From the NCBI GenBank assembly GCA_035514295.1, contig DATKBB010000068.1, forward strand, positions 135 to 64,134: a stretch of 64,000 nt of DNA. Direction: 5' to 3'. This document shows, in pieces, positions 17,001 through 25,035 of the stretch; position 1 is the first letter of the stretch, and each line of letters begins with the position of its first letter. Origin of the DNA: Candidatus Limnocylindria bacterium (GTDB taxonomy: Bacteria > Chloroflexota > Limnocylindria > Limnocylindrales > CSP1-4). The translations under genes and the position numbers were made by a program. Below the pieces are notes generated by a model. The model was given only the letters and a program-made list of their open reading frames with translations, was not told the DNA's origin and did not search any database.

Positions 17001-17472
17001 GCTGGGCAAGGCCATCCCGGGCGTGATGGCCGCCGCGCGGGCCAACGACGTCGAGTACCTGTCCACGGGCGGCGTGCGCCTGGCCGGCGTCGAGCTTGCC
17101 CCCGAGGAGGTCGAGATCCTGGCCAGTCCCCGGCCGGGCACGACCGTCGCCCACGACGAGGGGCTGCTGGTGGTCATCGACACCGAGCTCGACGACGAGT
17201 TGCGCGCCGAGGGCGACGCCCGCGAGCTGCAGCGCGCAGTGCAGGATCTGCGCAAGCAGGCCGGCCTGGAGCCGGACGACTCGATCGACCTATGGCTGGC
17301 GGCCGACGATGGGCTGCTCGAGCGCCTGGGCCCGTGGCTCGAGCGGCTGGCCCAGGAGACGCAGGCCACAGAGTTGCGCCGCGAGCCTGCGCCGCCCGAC
17401 GCGCTGGCCGTCGAGCAGGAGGTCAGCGGCGGCAGGGTCCGCCTGGCGCTGCGCGCCGAGCGCAGGCCTTGA
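14089..17472 (+). CDS. ileS: Isoleucine--tRNA ligase (long, type-2-like form)
   Basis: Class I aaRS with CWRCGT, a KMSKS-type PMSKSWGN and Cys-rich zinc knuckles. It is immediately followed by lspA (the conserved ileS-lspA pairing). Its HIGH region is non-canonical ([10 protein letters not shown]). Confidence 0.85.
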   Translation: [1127 protein letters not shown]

Positions 17473-17975
17473 CGCAGCCCGGCGCGGCCCGCCGCTTGGC
17501 GGTCTTCGCGCTGCTGGCCTCGGCGGTGGCCGTCGCCGACCAGCTGAGCAAGGCCTGGGTGGTGGCCACCTTCCCCCGCCCGACGGAGATCGTGGGCGAT
17601 CTGCTGCGCATCGTCATCGTACGCAACACCGGCGGCATCTTCGGGCTCTTCGGGGACTCCGCGCTGCTGCTGGCAGGGGCCAGCACGATCGTGATCGCGA
17701 TGATCGTCGTCTACCAGGTGCGCGAGGGGCTGCGCCAGCACTGGCTGCTGAGCGTTGCCCTGGGCCTGCTGCTGGGCGGGGCAATCGGCAACCTGATCGA
17801 CCGCCTGCGGCTGGGCTACGTGGTCGACTTCGTCGACGCCGGCATCGGTGGCTTCCGCTGGTACACCTTCAACGTGGCCGACTCGGCGATCAGTATCGCG
17901 ATCGTGCTGCTCATCGCTATGGCCTTCTTCGGCGAGCGGCTCGCGCCGCGCCCGGCGCACGAGAGCACGTCTTGA
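17469..17975 (+). CDS. lspA: Lipoprotein signal peptidase (signal peptidase II)
   Basis: TTG 17469 overlaps the ileS stop (TTGA). Motifs: VADQLSK...IVRNTGGIFG...GGAIGNLIDR...VVDFVD...FNVADSAISI. Confidence 0.9.
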   Translation: MTQPGAARRLAVFALLASAVAVADQLSKAWVVATFPRPTEIVGDLLRIVIVRNTGGIFGLFGDSALLLAGASTIVIAMIVVYQVREGLRQHWLLSVALGLLLGGAIGNLIDRLRLGYVVDFVDAGIGGFRWYTFNVADSAISIAIVLLIAMAFFGERLAPRPAHESTS

Positions 17976-18910
17976 GCGAGCGCCTGACGCTGACCGTTCC
18001 GGAGGGCGGCAGCCGCCGCGCAGACCGGCTGGTGGCCGACGCGGCCGGCCTCTCGCGCACCTTCGTCCAGCGCTTGATCGAGGAGGGCCGGCTGACTTCG
18101 GACGGCCTGCCCGTCAAGTCAAACACCAGCCTGGTCGCCGGCTCGCGGCTGGAGCTCGAGCTGCCCGAGACACCGGTCTCCGAGTTGCTGGCCGAGGACA
18201 TCCCGCTGCGCGTGGTGTACGAAGATGAGGACGTGCTGGTCATCGACAAGCCCGCCGGCCTGCTGACCCACCCCGCGCCCGGGCTGGCAAGCGGCACGCT
18301 CGTCAACGCGCTGCTGGCTCGCGGAGGCGCCGCTGCCTACGGCCAGCTGGGAGGGGCGGACCGGCCGGGCATCGTCCACCGGCTCGATCGTGACACGAGT
18401 GGCCTGATCGTCGTCGCGCGGAACGACCGCGCCCAGGCCGCGCTGATGGCTCAGCTCAAGGCGCGCCGCGTCAAGAAGACCTACCTGGCCCTGCTCCACG
18501 GCGCACTGCCGGCTGAGACGGCACGCATCGAGGCACCCATCGGACGCGATCCGCGCCACCCGCGGCGCATGGCAGTGGTGCCCGACGGCCGGCCGGCGGT
18601 GACCGGCTACCGGACGCGCGAGCGCTTCGCCGACTGGACGCTGGCCGAGCTGGACCTGGTCACCGGCCGCACGCATCAGATCCGCGTGCACCTGGCCTCG
18701 ATCGGTCATGCCGTGGGCGGCGACCAGGTTTATTCCACCGGCGCCGCGCGGCGCGGCCCGCCGGGACTGGAACGGCTCTTCCTGCACTCCTGGCGCATCC
18801 AGTTCAACGACCCGGCGGGTGAGCGGCTGATCCGCGCCGAGGCGCCGCTGCCGCCCGAGCTGGAGAGCGTGCTGGCCGGCCTGCGCCGTACCGAGGAGCT
18901 GGGTGCGTGA
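17972..18910 (+). CDS. rluD: RluA-family 23S rRNA pseudouridine synthase (RluD-like) with S4 domain
   Basis: TTG 17972 overlaps the lspA stop. Motifs: VLVIDKPAGLLTHP...GIVHRLDRDTSGLIVVAR...KTYLALLHG...GRTHQIRVHL. Confidence 0.9.
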   Translation: MSERLTLTVPEGGSRRADRLVADAAGLSRTFVQRLIEEGRLTSDGLPVKSNTSLVAGSRLELELPETPVSELLAEDIPLRVVYEDEDVLVIDKPAGLLTHPAPGLASGTLVNALLARGGAAAYGQLGGADRPGIVHRLDRDTSGLIVVARNDRAQAALMAQLKARRVKKTYLALLHGALPAETARIEAPIGRDPRHPRRMAVVPDGRPAVTGYRTRERFADWTLAELDLVTGRTHQIRVHLASIGHAVGGDQVYSTGAARRGPPGLERLFLHSWRIQFNDPAGERLIRAEAPLPPELESVLAGLRRTEELGA

Positions 18911-19530
18911 CCCAGCGCAGGACGCAGGGCGCCGCGGGCGCGGCGATCGTGATCATCTCCGGGCCGTCGGGCGTGGGCAAGGACACCATCATCCGCACGC
19001 TGCGCGAGCGGCACCCAGACCCGCGCCGCCAGTTCGTGGTCACCTACAAGACACGCCAGCCGCGCAGCGGCGAGATCGGCGGCGTGGACTACCACTTCGT
19101 CAGCCTGGACGACTTCCTGCGAATGCAGGTCGAGGGCGAGCTGCTGGAGGCCAGCGAGGTGCACGGCCACTGGTCGGGCACGCCCCGCGACCAGGTGGAG
19201 GAGGCCCTGCGGGCCGGCCGCGACGCCATCCTCAAGATCGACGTGCAAGGCGCCGACAAGATCAAGACGTTGGTGCCCGACGTCCTGCGCATCTTCGTCG
19301 CACCGCCCTCGGCCGAGGATCGCATGCGGCGCCTGGCCGACCGCGCAACGGAGACGCCGGAGGAGCAGGACCAGCGCAACCGCGACGCCGAGCTGGAGAT
19401 GGCTCGCCGGCACGAGTTCGACTACGTGGTGGTCAACGAGACGGGTCAGGTCGAGCGCACGGCCCAGGAGATCGACGACATCCTGCGCCGCGAACGTGAA
19501 CGTCACCCGGACCGACAGATCAGCTTCTGA
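18907..19530 (+). CDS. gmk: Guanylate kinase
   Basis: GTG 18907 overlaps the rluD stop. Motifs: P-loop ISGPSGVGKDT, then TTR-like YKTRQPRSGEIGGVDYHFV. Confidence 0.9.
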   Translation: MTQRRTQGAAGAAIVIISGPSGVGKDTIIRTLRERHPDPRRQFVVTYKTRQPRSGEIGGVDYHFVSLDDFLRMQVEGELLEASEVHGHWSGTPRDQVEEALRAGRDAILKIDVQGADKIKTLVPDVLRIFVAPPSAEDRMRRLADRATETPEEQDQRNRDAELEMARRHEFDYVVVNETGQVERTAQEIDDILRRERERHPDRQISF

Positions 19531-21820
19531 GCCGGCCGGTCCAGGCCGCTGGGCCGAGGTGGCGGTCGACGCCGCCGGTCCGGCCGGCGGGCAGACCTTT
19601 ACCTACGCGGTCCCGCCGGAGCTGGCCGAGCTGAGCCCGGGTGAGGCGGTGCTGGTCGAGTACGGACGCCGGCGCGCGCTGGGCGTGGTGCTCGAGCTGT
19701 CGGCGGTGGCGCCCGAGCGGGCGACCAAGCCCATCCTCGCCCGCGTGCGCAGCGACGGCCCCCTGCTGACGCGTCTGCAGGTGCAGCTGGCGCGGCACAT
19801 CGCCGACCACTACCTCGCTCCGCCGGCGCTGGTCGTGCGCCAGATGTTGGCGCCCGGTGCGCTGGAGCGCGTGGAGCGAGTGACCACGGCGGGCGAAGCG
19901 GGACCGGTCAGCGAGTGGCGCGTGAGGGCGCCCGTCACGCGCGAACGGCTCGAGCGCTGGGTACGCCTGAGCGGGACGACTGAGGGGCCTGCCGGCGGCG
20001 GCGGTGCAGGGGGCGGCGCTGCCCGGCTGGGGCCGCGCCAGCGCGCGCTGCTGGCCGAGCTCGAGCAGGCGGGCGAGCCGTTGCCCGGCGCGCGTCTCGC
20101 GGGTCGGCACGGCGCGGGCGTCATCACCAGGCTCGCCCGCCGCGGCCTGATCGAGCTGGAAACCGTCCGCGTCGAGCGCCGCCCGCTGGCCGGCCGGCCG
20201 GAGCCGGCGCGCGGCACGCGCCCGCTGGCGAGAGAGCTGACGGCCGCCCAACGGCAGGCGCTGGCCCGCATCGAGCAGCCGCTCCGCGCGCGCCGCCACG
20301 AGACGATCCTGCTCGAGGGCGTGACCGCCAGCGGCAAGAGCGCGGTTTACGCCGCCGCCATCGCCGCCGCCCTCGCGCAGGGCCGCGGCGCGCTCGTGCT
20401 TGTGCCCGAGATCGCGCTGGCCGTGCCCCTCCTCGAGCGGCTCCAGTACGACCTTGGCCCTGACGTCGCGCTGCTGCACAGCGGCCTGTCCGATGGCGAG
20501 CGCGCCGACGAGGCGCGCCGCCTCCGCGCGGGAGAGGTAAGCGTGGTGTTGGGCACGCGCCTGGCCGTGCTGGCCCCGCTGGCGGACCCGGGCGTGATCA
20601 TCGTCGACGAGGAGCACGACGCCGCCTACAAGTCGGACCGCACGCCGCGCTACCAGGCGCGCGACCTGGCCGTCGTTCTGGGCCGGCTGGCTGGCGCACC
20701 GGTCGTGCTGGGCAGCGCAACGCCCGACGTGGTGACTCTGGGCCGCGCGCAAATGGGTGAGGTCAACCATCTCCGTTTGCCGCGCGTGGCCGGCAGTCCG
20801 GCCAGCGTGCACGTGGTCGATTTGCGCGCCGAGCTGTCCGCCGGCGTGCGGGGCATGCTCTCGCGAGCGCTGGCCGATGCCCTGGGCGCCTTGGACACGG
20901 CCGCCGGCGAGCAGGCCATCCTGCTCATCAACCGGCGCGGCTCGGCCAGCGTGGTCATCTGCCGAGACTGCGGCTACGTGCAGATCTGCCCCGAGTGCCA
21001 GCGCCCGCTCGTCTTCCACGCGGCCGCGCTCGCGCTGCGCTGCCACCACTGCGGCGCGGGGGCGCCGGTCGCCCGGCGCTGCCCGGCCTGCGAGTCGGTG
21101 CGCATCCGCTACCTGGGCGGAGGCACCCAGCGTGTCGAGCGCGAGGTCGAGCTACGCTTTCCGACCTTGCGCGTGGGCCGGCTGGACCGCGACGTGGTCG
21201 AGCGCCGGGGTGCGGCTCAGAGGGTGGTGGACGCCTTCGCCGGCGGTGAGCTCGACGTGCTCGTGGGGACGTCGCTGGTGGCCAAGGGCCTCGACGTGCC
21301 GCAGGTGACGCTGGTCGGCGTGGTGTCGGCCGACATCGCCTTGACCCTGCCCGACGAGCGGGCGGAGGAGCGGACGTATCAGCTGCTGGCCCAGGCAGTG
21401 GGCCGGGCCGGGCGTGGTTACCGGCCCGGCACGGCCATCATTCAAACCTACCTGCCGCACCATCCTGCTATCCGGGCGGTCAGCCACGGTGAGGCGGCCG
21501 AGTTCTATGCCGCGGCCCTCGCCACTCGGCGGGCGCTGAGCTCGCCCCCGTTCGGCAGCATCATCAAGCTGACCGTGGCGCGCGATGAGCGCGAGGCAGC
21601 GGAACGCGACGCGTCCGAGATGACGCGCCGCCTGCGCGACCATGTCGCGGAGGCTGGCACGCGGGTAGAGGTGCTGGGGCCGGTGCCCGCCTACGTCGCC
21701 CGCCGCGCCGGCCGCTGGCGCTTTCACGTCGTGCTCCGCGGCGACCGGCCGCGCGAAGTGCTGGGCGGCGACCCGGGCCCGCCTTGGAGCGTGGACGTCG
21801 ACCCCGAGTCGCTGTTATAG
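19496..21820 (+). CDS. priA: Primosomal replication-restart helicase PriA
   Basis: Motifs: WAEVAVD...FTYAVP, Walker A GVTASGKS, DEEHD, the Cys cluster CRDCGYVQICPECQRPLVFH...CHHCG...CPACES, and GTQRVE. The start (GTG 19496, overlapping gmk by 35 nt) is uncertain. Confidence 0.9.
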   Translation: MNVTRTDRSASEPAGPGRWAEVAVDAAGPAGGQTFTYAVPPELAELSPGEAVLVEYGRRRALGVVLELSAVAPERATKPILARVRSDGPLLTRLQVQLARHIADHYLAPPALVVRQMLAPGALERVERVTTAGEAGPVSEWRVRAPVTRERLERWVRLSGTTEGPAGGGGAGGGAARLGPRQRALLAELEQAGEPLPGARLAGRHGAGVITRLARRGLIELETVRVERRPLAGRPEPARGTRPLARELTAAQRQALARIEQPLRARRHETILLEGVTASGKSAVYAAAIAAALAQGRGALVLVPEIALAVPLLERLQYDLGPDVALLHSGLSDGERADEARRLRAGEVSVVLGTRLAVLAPLADPGVIIVDEEHDAAYKSDRTPRYQARDLAVVLGRLAGAPVVLGSATPDVVTLGRAQMGEVNHLRLPRVAGSPASVHVVDLRAELSAGVRGMLSRALADALGALDTAAGEQAILLINRRGSASVVICRDCGYVQICPECQRPLVFHAAALALRCHHCGAGAPVARRCPACESVRIRYLGGGTQRVEREVELRFPTLRVGRLDRDVVERRGAAQRVVDAFAGGELDVLVGTSLVAKGLDVPQVTLVGVVSADIALTLPDERAEERTYQLLAQAVGRAGRGYRPGTAIIQTYLPHHPAIRAVSHGEAAEFYAAALATRRALSSPPFGSIIKLTVARDEREAAERDASEMTRRLRDHVAEAGTRVEVLGPVPAYVARRAGRWRFHVVLRGDRPREVLGGDPGPPWSVDVDPESLL

Positions 21821-21858
21821 CGGCTGGGGCACCCGCTTTCGGCTTTCCCGCGCACCGG

Positions 21859-22123
21859 CACTATCGCTCGCGGACGGGCTTGGGTTTGGGCTCGCCGCGG
21901 GCGGGCAAGCACTCGGCCGACTTCAGGCTCTGGCCTACCGCCACTATTGCTCGCCGGCCCGGCTGTCGCCGGCCACCGGCCCGAGGCGCCCGGGACATGG
22001 CTCGTTGTCGGCGGCGAACGCGTTTCGGCAGCGATAGTGGCAATAGCGCGCGGGGCAGGAGGCGTCCGGTGTCCGTCGGGGCGCCCGTCGGGCCTTCGCT
22101 TGCGCGACCTCGAGAGATAGTGG
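21859..22123. repeat. Four copies of a 13-nt motif (CCACTATYKCTCG) as two 83-bp-spaced pairs in inverted orientation, in the priA-def spacer
   Basis: + strand copies: cactatcgctcgc (21859-21871) and cactattgctcgc (21942-21954). - strand copies: 22027-22040 (rc ccactatcgctgcc) and 22111-22123 (rc ccactatctctcg). The spacing is 83 nt within each pair. Confidence 0.6.
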
Positions 22124-22131
22124 TGGTAGCG

Positions 22132-22176
22132 CCCGCCGAGGCCGCCGAGGCCGCCGAGGCCTCCGAGGCCACCGGG
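22132..22176 (+). repeat. Tandem 9-mer repeat (GCCGCCGAG-like, about 5 copies)
   Basis: cccgccgag gccgccgag gccgccgag gcctccgag gccaccggg. Confidence 0.8.
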
Positions 22177-22256
22177 GGGCCCCCGGCGCCGGCGACGCTG
22201 GTCCGCCCTGGCGCGTGGACGGGGACCCGAGACGCTGCTCTGAGCCGCTCTCGCCC

Positions 22257-22262
22257 TATACT
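22257..22262 (+). promoter_or_regulatory. -10 box TATACT placed 7 nt before the def ATG (leaderless-type start)
   Basis: The sequence reads ccTATACTcccgccgATG, with geometry identical to ilvE. Confidence 0.45.
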
Positions 22263-22269
22263 CCCGCCG

Positions 22270-22788
22270 ATGACAGTGCTACCCATAATCACCCTCGGCG
22301 ATCCCCGGCTGCGCCTGCGCGGCGAGCCGGTGGACAGCTTCGGCAAGTTTCTCCACGGCCTGCTCGACGAGCTCGCCGAGACGATGCGCGCGGCACCCGG
22401 CGTTGGCCTCGCCGCGCCGCAGGTTGGCGTGCCGCTACAGGCCTGCGTGGTCGAGGTCGAGAGCCAGCTGCACGAGCTGGTCAACCCGCGCATCGTGCGC
22501 GCCAGTGGCGACGACCACGATCTGGAGGGCTGCCTGTCGCTGCCCGGTTACGTGGCCTACGTGACTCGGCGCGAGAAGGTCTGGGTGGTGGCCCAGAACC
22601 GTCACGGTCGCAAGATCAAGGTATCCGGCGCCGGCCTGCTGGCGCGCGCGCTGCAGCACGAGCTGGACCACCTGGCCGGCAAGTTGTACATCGACTACCT
22701 CGATTCGCTGGATGAGCTCATCCCCGTGGCCCAGCTGCGCGAGGAGACCGGCGCGGCGGAGGGCGAGGAGCTGGCGCCGCTGGCGTGA
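22270..22788 (+). CDS. def: Peptide deformylase
   Basis: All three motifs are present: GVGLAAPQ, EGCLSLPG and HELDHL. The start is ATG 22270. An in-frame GTG 22069 with a strong SD is an alternative (see findings). Confidence 0.9.
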   Translation: MTVLPIITLGDPRLRLRGEPVDSFGKFLHGLLDELAETMRAAPGVGLAAPQVGVPLQACVVEVESQLHELVNPRIVRASGDDHDLEGCLSLPGYVAYVTRREKVWVVAQNRHGRKIKVSGAGLLARALQHELDHLAGKLYIDYLDSLDELIPVAQLREETGAAEGEELAPLA

Positions 22789-23747
22789 CCGGCCGCGCCC
22801 GGGCCGTTTTCCTGGGCAGCGGCGGCTTCGCCATCCCGATCGTCGAGCGCCTGGCTGAGTTGCCCGGCGTGCAGTTGGTGGCCGTCGTCACGGCTCCGCC
22901 GCGCCCGCGCGGGCGCGGCGCCGCCGTACATTCCTCACCGGTCGGGGAGTGGGCCGCGCAGGCAGGGCTGGCGTCCTTGACGCCGTCGCGTCTGCGCGCG
23001 CCGGAGGCGGTTGCCCAGGTCGCGGCGCTCGAGCCCGAGCTACTTGTGCTGGCCGACTACGGCCAGCTGGTGCCTGCCGAGCTGCTCGAGCTGCCCGGGC
23101 ACGGGGCGCTCAACCTGCATCCCTCGCTGCTGCCGCGCCATCGCGGCGCGGCGCCCATTCCGGCCGCCATCCTGGCCGGCGACGACGAGACCGGCGTCAG
23201 CCTGATGCTGATGGACACCGGCCTGGACACCGGGCCGCTGGTGGCCCAGCGCCGACTGCCGCTGGCCGGCGACGAACTGGCACCGGAGCTCGAGGGGAGG
23301 CTGGGCCTGCTCGCCGCCGATCTGCTGGCCGACAGCCTGCCTGCCTGGCTGGCCGGCAGCCTGGAAGCGCGCCCTCAGGCGAGCCAAGGGGCCACGCTGA
23401 CCCGCCCACTGCGGCGCGAGAACGGGCGGCTTGAACCCGGCCGGAGCGCCACCGAGCTGGAGCGCCAGGTGCGCGCCTACCAGCCTTGGCCAGGCTCGTT
23501 CCTGGAGACGCCGCACGGGCGCCTGATCGTCTGGCGGGCGGCGGTCCTGCCCGACGTCGGCCTGGACGCCGCCAAGCGGGAGGCCGGCGAGCTGGTGGCA
23601 CCAGCCGGCGACGCACAACGGCTCGCCCTTGTCACGCGCGACGGCCTGCTCGAGATCCTCGAGGCGCAGCCCGCAGGAGGCCGCCGTCTGGCCGCCGCAG
23701 AGCTGCTGCGCGGTCGGCCCGGGCTGCCTGGCAGCCGCGTGGCCTAG
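22785..23747 (+). CDS. fmt: Methionyl-tRNA formyltransferase
   Basis: GTG 22785 overlaps the def stop. Motifs: AVFLGSGGFAIP...VVTAPPRPRGRG...NLHPSLLPRHRGAAPI... Confidence 0.9.
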   Translation: MTGRARAVFLGSGGFAIPIVERLAELPGVQLVAVVTAPPRPRGRGAAVHSSPVGEWAAQAGLASLTPSRLRAPEAVAQVAALEPELLVLADYGQLVPAELLELPGHGALNLHPSLLPRHRGAAPIPAAILAGDDETGVSLMLMDTGLDTGPLVAQRRLPLAGDELAPELEGRLGLLAADLLADSLPAWLAGSLEARPQASQGATLTRPLRRENGRLEPGRSATELERQVRAYQPWPGSFLETPHGRLIVWRAAVLPDVGLDAAKREAGELVAPAGDAQRLALVTRDGLLEILEAQPAGGRRLAAAELLRGRPGLPGSRVA

Positions 23748-23776
23748 CCTGCCCTGCCGTGTCCGTGGCTTGGCGC

Positions 23777-23782
23777 TAGGAT
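23777..23782 (+). promoter_or_regulatory. -10-like box TAGGAT placed 6 nt before the rlmN ATG (leaderless-type start)
   Basis: The sequence reads gcTAGGATgggccgATG. Confidence 0.4.
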
Positions 23783-23788
23783 GGGCCG

Positions 23789-25033
23789 ATGGACTCCGGA
23801 GCGGTGGGGGAGCCGCTGTCACGTCCGCTGATCGACACGCCGCCTGCCGGAGCGCGGGATGCACGGCCCGGTCTTTCGGGCGTACCGCTTGCCCAGCTGG
23901 GCGCCTGGCTGACCGAGCGCGGCCAGCCAGCCTATCGCGCCCGTCAGGTGGCCGACCACTTGTGGAACGGCTGCGCCGTGTCGGCCGTCGAGTGCCGCAC
24001 GCTCCCTGCTGTCCTGCGCACGGACCTCGACACGCACTTCCGCTTCGACACTCTCGTCGAGACCGACGTCCGGCCGGCCGACGGGGGCCTGACCGAGAAG
24101 GCACTGCACCGCCTCGACGACGGGCGGACGATCGAGTCGGTGCTGATGCGCTACCCGGCGCGCGGCCCGCGCCGCCAGCGCGCGACCGTCTGCATCTCCA
24201 GCCAGGCCGGCTGCGCCGTGGGTTGCCCCTTCTGCGCCACGGGCGAGCTGGGCTTCTGGCGTGACCTGAGCACGGCCGAAATCCTGGACCAGGTGCGCTT
24301 CTGGCGCCGGCGGCTGGCCGGCGAGGGCCGCCGCCTGACGAACGTGGTGTTCATGGGCATGGGCGAGCCGCTGCTCAACGTCGAGCTCGTGCTGGAGGCT
24401 GCGGGGGCGCTGACGGACGCCCGCCGCTTCGGGCTGGGCGCGCGCCATCTGACGATCAGCACCAGCGGCGTGCTGCCTGGCCTGGAGCGGCTGATCGAGC
24501 TGCGCCCGCAGTACACCCTGGCGGTCTCACTTCACGCCGCCCGACCGGCCCTGCGCGACGTGCTCGTGCCGCTGAACAAGCGCTATCCGGTCAGCATGAT
24601 CGTCGCCGCCGCCGGACGCTACGCTCGCCAGACCGGCCGGCGGGTGACCTACGAGTACGTGATGATCGAGGGCATCAACGACACGCCCGACGACGCGCGC
24701 GAGCTGGCCCGCCTGCTCGACGGGCAGCCGGCACACGTCAACCTGATCCCGATGAACCCGGTGGCCCACACTCCCTGGCAGCCCAGCCCGCCGGCGCGCA
24801 TCGAGGCCTTCGCCGGCCTGCTGCGCGCTGCCGGCTTGCGCACTACCGTCCGGCGCAACCGGGGCCTCGAGATCGGCGCCGCCTGCGGCCAACTGGCCGC
24901 CGAGCGGGCCGGAGAGCCGGCGCCGGCCGCCGTCGCCCGACGTCGCGAGCTGCTGGTCTTGAGCAGCGCGCAGGCGCTGGCCCGTGTGCCGCGCGCGGCC
25001 GCCCTTGCCCCTGCCGCGCTGGCGGAGCGCTGA
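23789..25033 (+). CDS. rlmN: 23S rRNA/tRNA adenine-C2 methyltransferase RlmN (radical SAM)
   Basis: YRARQV...W, ISSQAGCAVGCPFCATG (CxxxCxxC), NVVFMGMGEPL, and NLIPMNP. Confidence 0.9.
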   Translation: MDSGAVGEPLSRPLIDTPPAGARDARPGLSGVPLAQLGAWLTERGQPAYRARQVADHLWNGCAVSAVECRTLPAVLRTDLDTHFRFDTLVETDVRPADGGLTEKALHRLDDGRTIESVLMRYPARGPRRQRATVCISSQAGCAVGCPFCATGELGFWRDLSTAEILDQVRFWRRRLAGEGRRLTNVVFMGMGEPLLNVELVLEAAGALTDARRFGLGARHLTISTSGVLPGLERLIELRPQYTLAVSLHAARPALRDVLVPLNKRYPVSMIVAAAGRYARQTGRRVTYEYVMIEGINDTPDDARELARLLDGQPAHVNLIPMNPVAHTPWQPSPPARIEAFAGLLRAAGLRTTVRRNRGLEIGAACGQLAAERAGEPAPAAVARRRELLVLSSAQALARVPRAAALAPAALAER

Positions 25034-25035
25034 GC

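Noticed and set aside
21784-22269. Coding interpretation of the priA-def spacer: + ORF 21784-22788 extension and - ORF 21861-22493, including the 9-mer repeat as an (AEA)n or (PPR)n protein repeat.
   Set aside because: The translations are Arg/Pro/Gly-rich with no motifs, contain rare codons and show poor coding character. def has a complete family N-terminus from ATG 22270. Only the SD-GTG at 22057-22071 is kept as an open question.
21821-22269. Known housekeeping ncRNAs (RNase P RNA, tmRNA, 6S RNA) in the large spacers at 21821-22269 and 45743-46079.
   Set aside because: I could not find the universally conserved RNase P (GAGGAAAGUCC…) or tmRNA tRNA-like/tag features by eye. 6S RNA cannot be excluded without folding or covariance tools.
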